64,000 nucleotides of DNA from a bacterium. Its GTDB lineage: Bacteria; RBG-13-61-14; DATKZS01. The notes under the pieces were generated by a model that was given only the letters and a program-made list of their open reading frames with translations, ran no database searches and had not been told where the DNA came from. The position numbers were made by a program, and so were the translations under genes. Positions 59,982-64,000 of the stretch are shown here, piece by piece. How positions within the stretch are numbered: position 1 is the stretch's first letter; every line of letters begins with the position of its first letter. Location: contig CAXXFL010000001.1 of NCBI GenBank assembly GCA_963674965.2, positions 1,216,001 to 1,280,000 of the forward strand, written 5' to 3'.

Positions 59982-61259
59982 ATGAAAGTATTGGTGGTAG
60001 GTTCCGGAGGAAGGGAGCACGCGCTTTGCTACAAAATATCCGCTTCCGACCAAGTTGAAGAGGTATACTGCGCTCCCGGGAACGGCGGCATATCCGAGCA
60101 GGCAAAGCTTCTTGAATTGTCCGCGATCGATCTGGATGGAATTGTCAAGGCATCTCATGACCTATCCATCGACCTGGTGGTGGTGGGACCGGAGGATCCG
60201 CTCTCGAAGGGACTTACCGACGCTCTGGAGGCTGAGGGCAAGTTGGTATTCGGCTGCTCGGGAAAGGCCGCGAGGCTTGAGGGCAGCAAGGTTTTCGCTA
60301 AAAAGCTTATGCGGGACAAAGGCATACCAACTGGCGACTTCGAGGCCTTCGAGGATAAAAAAGAAGCCGAGAAATTCGTAAGAGGCTATAAAGGCAAGCT
60401 GGTTGTAAAGGCCGACGGCCTGGCCGCGGGCAAGGGAGTAATGGTATGCGATAACGAAAGTGAGGCCCTTTCCGCCGTCGATTTGGTGATGGGCCAGAAG
60501 GCCTTCGGAGGCGCGGGCGATAAAGTACTCATCGAGGAGCGACTTTTCGGGGAGGAGGCAAGCTTTCTCGTTTTTACCGATGGAAAGAACATTGTTCCAC
60601 TTGCGGGCTCGCAGGACCATAAAGCCGTTTACGATGGCGATAAGGGGCCCAACACGGGTGGAATGGGAGCTTACTCTCCCGCGCCCGTAATTGACGATAA
60701 GATGCATGATCGGGTTATCAATGAAGTTATTACTCCAACCATCGAGGCCATGAACGAGAGGGGAATACCATATAAAGGCGTGCTTTACGCGGGCCTTATG
60801 ATAACCGAGCACGGACCCCAGGTGCTCGAGTTCAACTGCAGGTTCGGCGACCCCGAGACTCAGCCTCTTCTTTTCAGAATGAAAAGCGACATTATTGATT
60901 TCCTTCTGGCTTGCGCCAGGGCGGACGGGTCCTTGTCGAGTCTTGAAATTGAATGGGGAGACCCGACCGTTTGCGTGGTCATGGCAAGCAAGGGTTATCC
61001 GGGAAATTACGAGAAAGGCAAGGTAATATCCGGCATCGAGGAGGCCAACAAGATAGACGGCGCTTACGTTTTCCACGCGGGCACGGATAAAAAAGACGGC
61101 AAGATTCTAACCTCGGGCGGACGGGTCCTTGGCGTAACCGCCTCGGGACCGGATATTAAAAAAGCCATCGACAAAGCCTATAAGGCGGTAATGAAAATCT
61201 CGTGGGAAGGCGCCTACTACAGGAAAGACATAGGACAAAAAGCCCTCGGGCGTAAATAG
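59982..61259 (+). CDS. purD: Phosphoribosylamine--glycine ligase
   Basis: GSGGREHA, APGNGG, VKADGLAAGKGV, QDHK, GPNTGGMGAYSP and EFNCRFGDPE. Confidence 0.97.
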   Translation: MKVLVVGSGGREHALCYKISASDQVEEVYCAPGNGGISEQAKLLELSAIDLDGIVKASHDLSIDLVVVGPEDPLSKGLTDALEAEGKLVFGCSGKAARLEGSKVFAKKLMRDKGIPTGDFEAFEDKKEAEKFVRGYKGKLVVKADGLAAGKGVMVCDNESEALSAVDLVMGQKAFGGAGDKVLIEERLFGEEASFLVFTDGKNIVPLAGSQDHKAVYDGDKGPNTGGMGAYSPAPVIDDKMHDRVINEVITPTIEAMNERGIPYKGVLYAGLMITEHGPQVLEFNCRFGDPETQPLLFRMKSDIIDFLLACARADGSLSSLEIEWGDPTVCVVMASKGYPGNYEKGKVISGIEEANKIDGAYVFHAGTDKKDGKILTSGGRVLGVTASGPDIKKAIDKAYKAVMKISWEGAYYRKDIGQKALGRK

Positions 61260-61270
61260 GCGGACCCCTT

Positions 61271-62002
61271 TTGAAACTGGAAATCTGCCAGGATAAAAAA
61301 GACCTTGGCATAAAGGCCGCGTCACGGGGAGCGGGGCTTATAAAAAGGGCCATAAGCGAAACAGGATCGGCCCGGATAATTCTCGCCACCGGCGCCTCAC
61401 AGTTCGAGACCCTGTCGCGCCTCGTTTCCGAGCCGGACGTGGACTGGAAAAAAGTCATTGCCTTCCATCTCGATGAATACGTTGGTCTTCCTTTTTCCCA
61501 CCCGGCCTCTTTCCGAAAGTACTTGAAGGAGAGGTTCGCCGACAAGGTACCAATCGGAAGCTTCGTCTATATCGACGGCGAGAATAACCCGGAAAAAGAA
61601 TTGAAGAGGCTGGGAAGACTGATCGAGTCCGCTCCCGTTGACGTGGCCTTCGTTGGGGTGGGCGAAAACGGCCATCTCGCCTTTAACGACCCGCCGGCCG
61701 ATTTCAATACTGACGAACCCTATATAATCGTTCGGCTAAACCGTGAATGTAAGCGCCAGCAGGTGGGCGAGGGCTGGTTCGGCTCGGTAGCCGAAGTCCC
61801 TGACAAGGCTATATCCATGTCTATAAGGCAAATAATGCGGAGCCAAAAAATTATCTGCGCCGTGCCCGACCTCCGAAAAGCCCGGGCCGTAAAGAACTGC
61901 TTTCAGGGCGACGTAACGCCGAACGCTCCCGCCTCAATATTGAGGGAACATGATATGTCCTTTGTTTTCCTGGACCGCGAGTCTTCTTCGATGCTGGATT
62001 AA
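61271..62002 (+). CDS. nagB: Glucosamine-6-phosphate deaminase family protein
   Basis: LATGASQ, FHLDEYVGL, GVGENGHLAFNDP and PASIL. Confidence 0.85.
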   Translation: MKLEICQDKKDLGIKAASRGAGLIKRAISETGSARIILATGASQFETLSRLVSEPDVDWKKVIAFHLDEYVGLPFSHPASFRKYLKERFADKVPIGSFVYIDGENNPEKELKRLGRLIESAPVDVAFVGVGENGHLAFNDPPADFNTDEPYIIVRLNRECKRQQVGEGWFGSVAEVPDKAISMSIRQIMRSQKIICAVPDLRKARAVKNCFQGDVTPNAPASILREHDMSFVFLDRESSSMLD

Positions 62003-62025
62003 GGGGAGATGATCAGGGAGTTATA

Positions 62026-62655
62026 TTACCATCTCTCGTGGGATATGAGCCCGAGGACCTTGCTCAGGTGTTTGATAAGGGCTTCCTTGTTGTCCACCGG
62101 ACCCAAAGTGGCGTACTTGGCGGGGTTCAGATACCTTATGACTTTCTTGAAGGTGTCGTCGCATGGCTTGTTGGTCAGAAACAGTATGGGTATGGTATCG
62201 TGTTCCTGATAGGTCCTTTCGATGGCCCTTAGGCCTATCATGGCGTTAATACCATTCAGAAATGGCATGGGCACGTCCGTAACCACAAGGTCGAGCCTAC
62301 CGTTGCCGCCGCGGTTTTCGACCTCGCCGATGACGTGGACGATCATTTCCTCGCCGTTTTCTTTGGAGACGACCCGGCGGGCAAGTTGCTTTTCCGTCAT
62401 TTTATCCACCAGGAGTTGGCGGATGCCGGGAGAATATCCCACTACCATGATGGTATCGAGGTTTGGAATGCTGATGGAATCGTCGGTAAAACTTACTTCA
62501 TCGAGCGATATGGTTTTTTCCTCGGGTTCTTCTTTAATGATGGAACCGCACATACTGCAACGCGGAACGCGTTTACCCTGCGGTCCCATCGCGAAGACGA
62601 TCTCGGACTCGTTCTGGCAATTGTCGCAAAAGACTCTTTCACCCGGTTTCGGCAT
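62026..62655 (-). CDS. Zinc-ribbon plus atypical response-regulator receiver protein
   Basis: CDNC...CSMC; receiver-like DLVVTDVPMPFLNG and PILFLT. Confidence 0.75.
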   Translation of the reverse strand: MPKPGERVFCDNCQNESEIVFAMGPQGKRVPRCSMCGSIIKEEPEEKTISLDEVSFTDDSISIPNLDTIMVVGYSPGIRQLLVDKMTEKQLARRVVSKENGEEMIVHVIGEVENRGGNGRLDLVVTDVPMPFLNGINAMIGLRAIERTYQEHDTIPILFLTNKPCDDTFKKVIRYLNPAKYATLGPVDNKEALIKHLSKVLGLISHERW

Positions 62656-62871
62656 GGACCCTCGCTATGAAGTATAGAATAAATTTGGGTTTTTGTCAAA
62701 ATACTCCGTTAATTTTATTGAACAAAAGACAATTGGCGGACGGGAGCTTCCCCCCAAACCTGTCGTTGCATCTGGAAGCTCACCGTCCGCGCCCTGTTTT
62801 TGTGTCTGTAAGAATAGACGGGCAAGAAAAAATATTCTTGCACAAAATTATGGTATTTTAACGGGGGTGAA

Positions 62872-63336
62872 ATGAAAAAATTTCTTTTTCCCATTTTGTC
62901 GATAATGATCTGTTTTTTCGCGTGCGGCGCCGAAACCAGGGTCGTCCGGGTAATCGACGGCGATACGGTGGTGGTAAAAGAAGGAGCGGAGAAAGTTAGA
63001 ATCCGGCTGATTGGGGTTGACGCTCCTGAAATAGTTCATCCCGATTACGAGAAAAACGATTATTACGGACCCGAGTCCAAAGCCTGCCTGGCCCAAATGA
63101 TCGAGGGAACCACAGTTTTGCTCGTTTACGACGGGCCGGGAAAGAAGCCGAAAAAAGACGACTACGGACGGACTTTAGCCTATATCTATAAAAACGGCGA
63201 GAACGTTAACGCGGCAATGATACAAAAGGGGTGCGCTCGGGCCTACCGAAAGTATCCTCATTCCGAGCGCGATAGGTTCATCGATCTCGAGATGGAGTCA
63301 AAAAAGGCGAAAAGGGGCATGTGGTCGAAAAGGTGA
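62872..63336 (+). CDS. Thermonuclease (SNase) family secreted nuclease
   Basis: Signal peptide with Cys; VIDGDT, IRLIGVDAPE, DDYGRTLAY and RGMW. Confidence 0.92.
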   Translation: MKKFLFPILSIMICFFACGAETRVVRVIDGDTVVVKEGAEKVRIRLIGVDAPEIVHPDYEKNDYYGPESKACLAQMIEGTTVLLVYDGPGKKPKKDDYGRTLAYIYKNGENVNAAMIQKGCARAYRKYPHSERDRFIDLEMESKKAKRGMWSKR

Positions 63337-63603
63337 GATGGGGCAATTTGCCGAATCTTGATCCAGGGCATGAAAATTTCAAAGCCGGGCAAAATTTTTT
63401 AACGTTCAAGTTTAAGAAATAATTCTAAATATTACTGATACTTAAAGATAAGCTCAAAATTAAGATCATTTTGCGGAATCCTTTTTTGCGCCGGAGCATC
63501 TAAACTTATAAAGGGAAGCCTCCAAGCTCCCGCCAGGGCCGCGCTTCTAGCCTTGGCCGAGATTTTACGGCGCCATCCGCGCCGGGACTGAAAGGGCCGA
63601 TAA

Positions 63604-63632
63604 TTGACGGCCGAGAAAAGGGTGATTACATT
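63604..63632 (+). promoter_or_regulatory. Sigma70 promoter
   Basis: TTGACG, 17 bp, TACATT. Confidence 0.65.
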
Positions 63633-63638
63633 TAAGCT

Positions 63639-63738
63639 GGAGGCAATACCTCCCTGGACCACTGGGGAAAACCCTGGGTCAAAGCAAGGTCGGCAGGTCT
63701 TTCCTCCTCCTTCTACTGCCGACCTTGCCGTTTATTGT
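63639..63738 (+). ncRNA. Candidate small RNA of about 100 nt (three hairpins, anti-SD loop)
   Basis: Starts 6 nt after the -10 element. Hairpins GGAGG/CCTCC, GACC..GGG/CCC..GGTC and a perfect 13-bp stem (63684-63696 with 63716-63728), followed by GTTTATT. No ORF. Confidence 0.55.
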
Positions 63739-64000
63739 ATTGATGGGAGGTGAAGGCGCGAGTTGCGCTTAGGGACCCGACGCGCTTTCTTCTAAAGAGG
63801 ACGGGTTATTAAGTCAGGGTAACGGCTTCACGTCAAGAAGCGATACAAATTTTCGCGTAATTCCTCATTGCAGTTACTTGCAAGTCTACGGTGGAAACCG
63901 GATACCGGTAAAACGCGGCTGAATAAGAGCAAATTATTTCCTCTATCGTTCTCGTAAGATTCATCCCTTGCCCACATTTAACCTTTTCTTAAAGTCGATT

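Noticed and set aside
63750-64000. Short ORFs (under 50 aa) near the window end as a type I toxin partner of the sRNA
   Set aside because: None is a convincing hydrophobic peptide with a well-placed SD; this cannot be resolved without flanking sequence.

Overview
Chromosomal, origin-proximal window from a fairly GC-rich bacterium; the gene content and order (cmk-rpsA-sppA, lysA-dapF, a CAP protein, spoVG, FHA and CTERM proteins) suggest a deltaproteobacterial-type organism, which is an inference. From left to right it contains: a minus-strand pheA-hisC-tyrA-aroA-cmk/rpsA-sppA operon with cmk and rpsA in one reading frame; tsaD-DUF2062-rsmA-mutM-CAP; a Com-like zinc finger; folC; lysA-dapF; and a 10-kb accessory block (acyl-CoA ligase, SDR, DUF3108, a tandem-GNAT protein collinear with eukaryotic N-myristoyltransferase, three B12-radical SAM paralogs, a methyltransferase). 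Next come a zinc-finger/spoVG unit behind a sigma54-type promoter, thiE preceded by a half-TPP-riboswitch-like sequence, a GMC oxidoreductase pair with a palindromic operator, adjacent IS1595 and IS701-like elements, two parS sites, and mnmG-rsmG. The right half holds accessory genes (UroD-like, DUF2804, a PD40/CTERM surface protein, GGDEF, EmrAB, rtcA, NagZ, FHA, NCS2, MCP), dnaA-oriC-dnaN-alr-purD-nagB, a thermonuclease, and a candidate small RNA with an anti-Shine-Dalgarno loop. I saw no rRNA, tRNA or CRISPR array. The best candidate for an undescribed system is the NMT-like acyltransferase with its acyl-CoA ligase and triple B12-radical SAM neighbours (18145-28076). All family assignments are by motif recognition; no searches were run.
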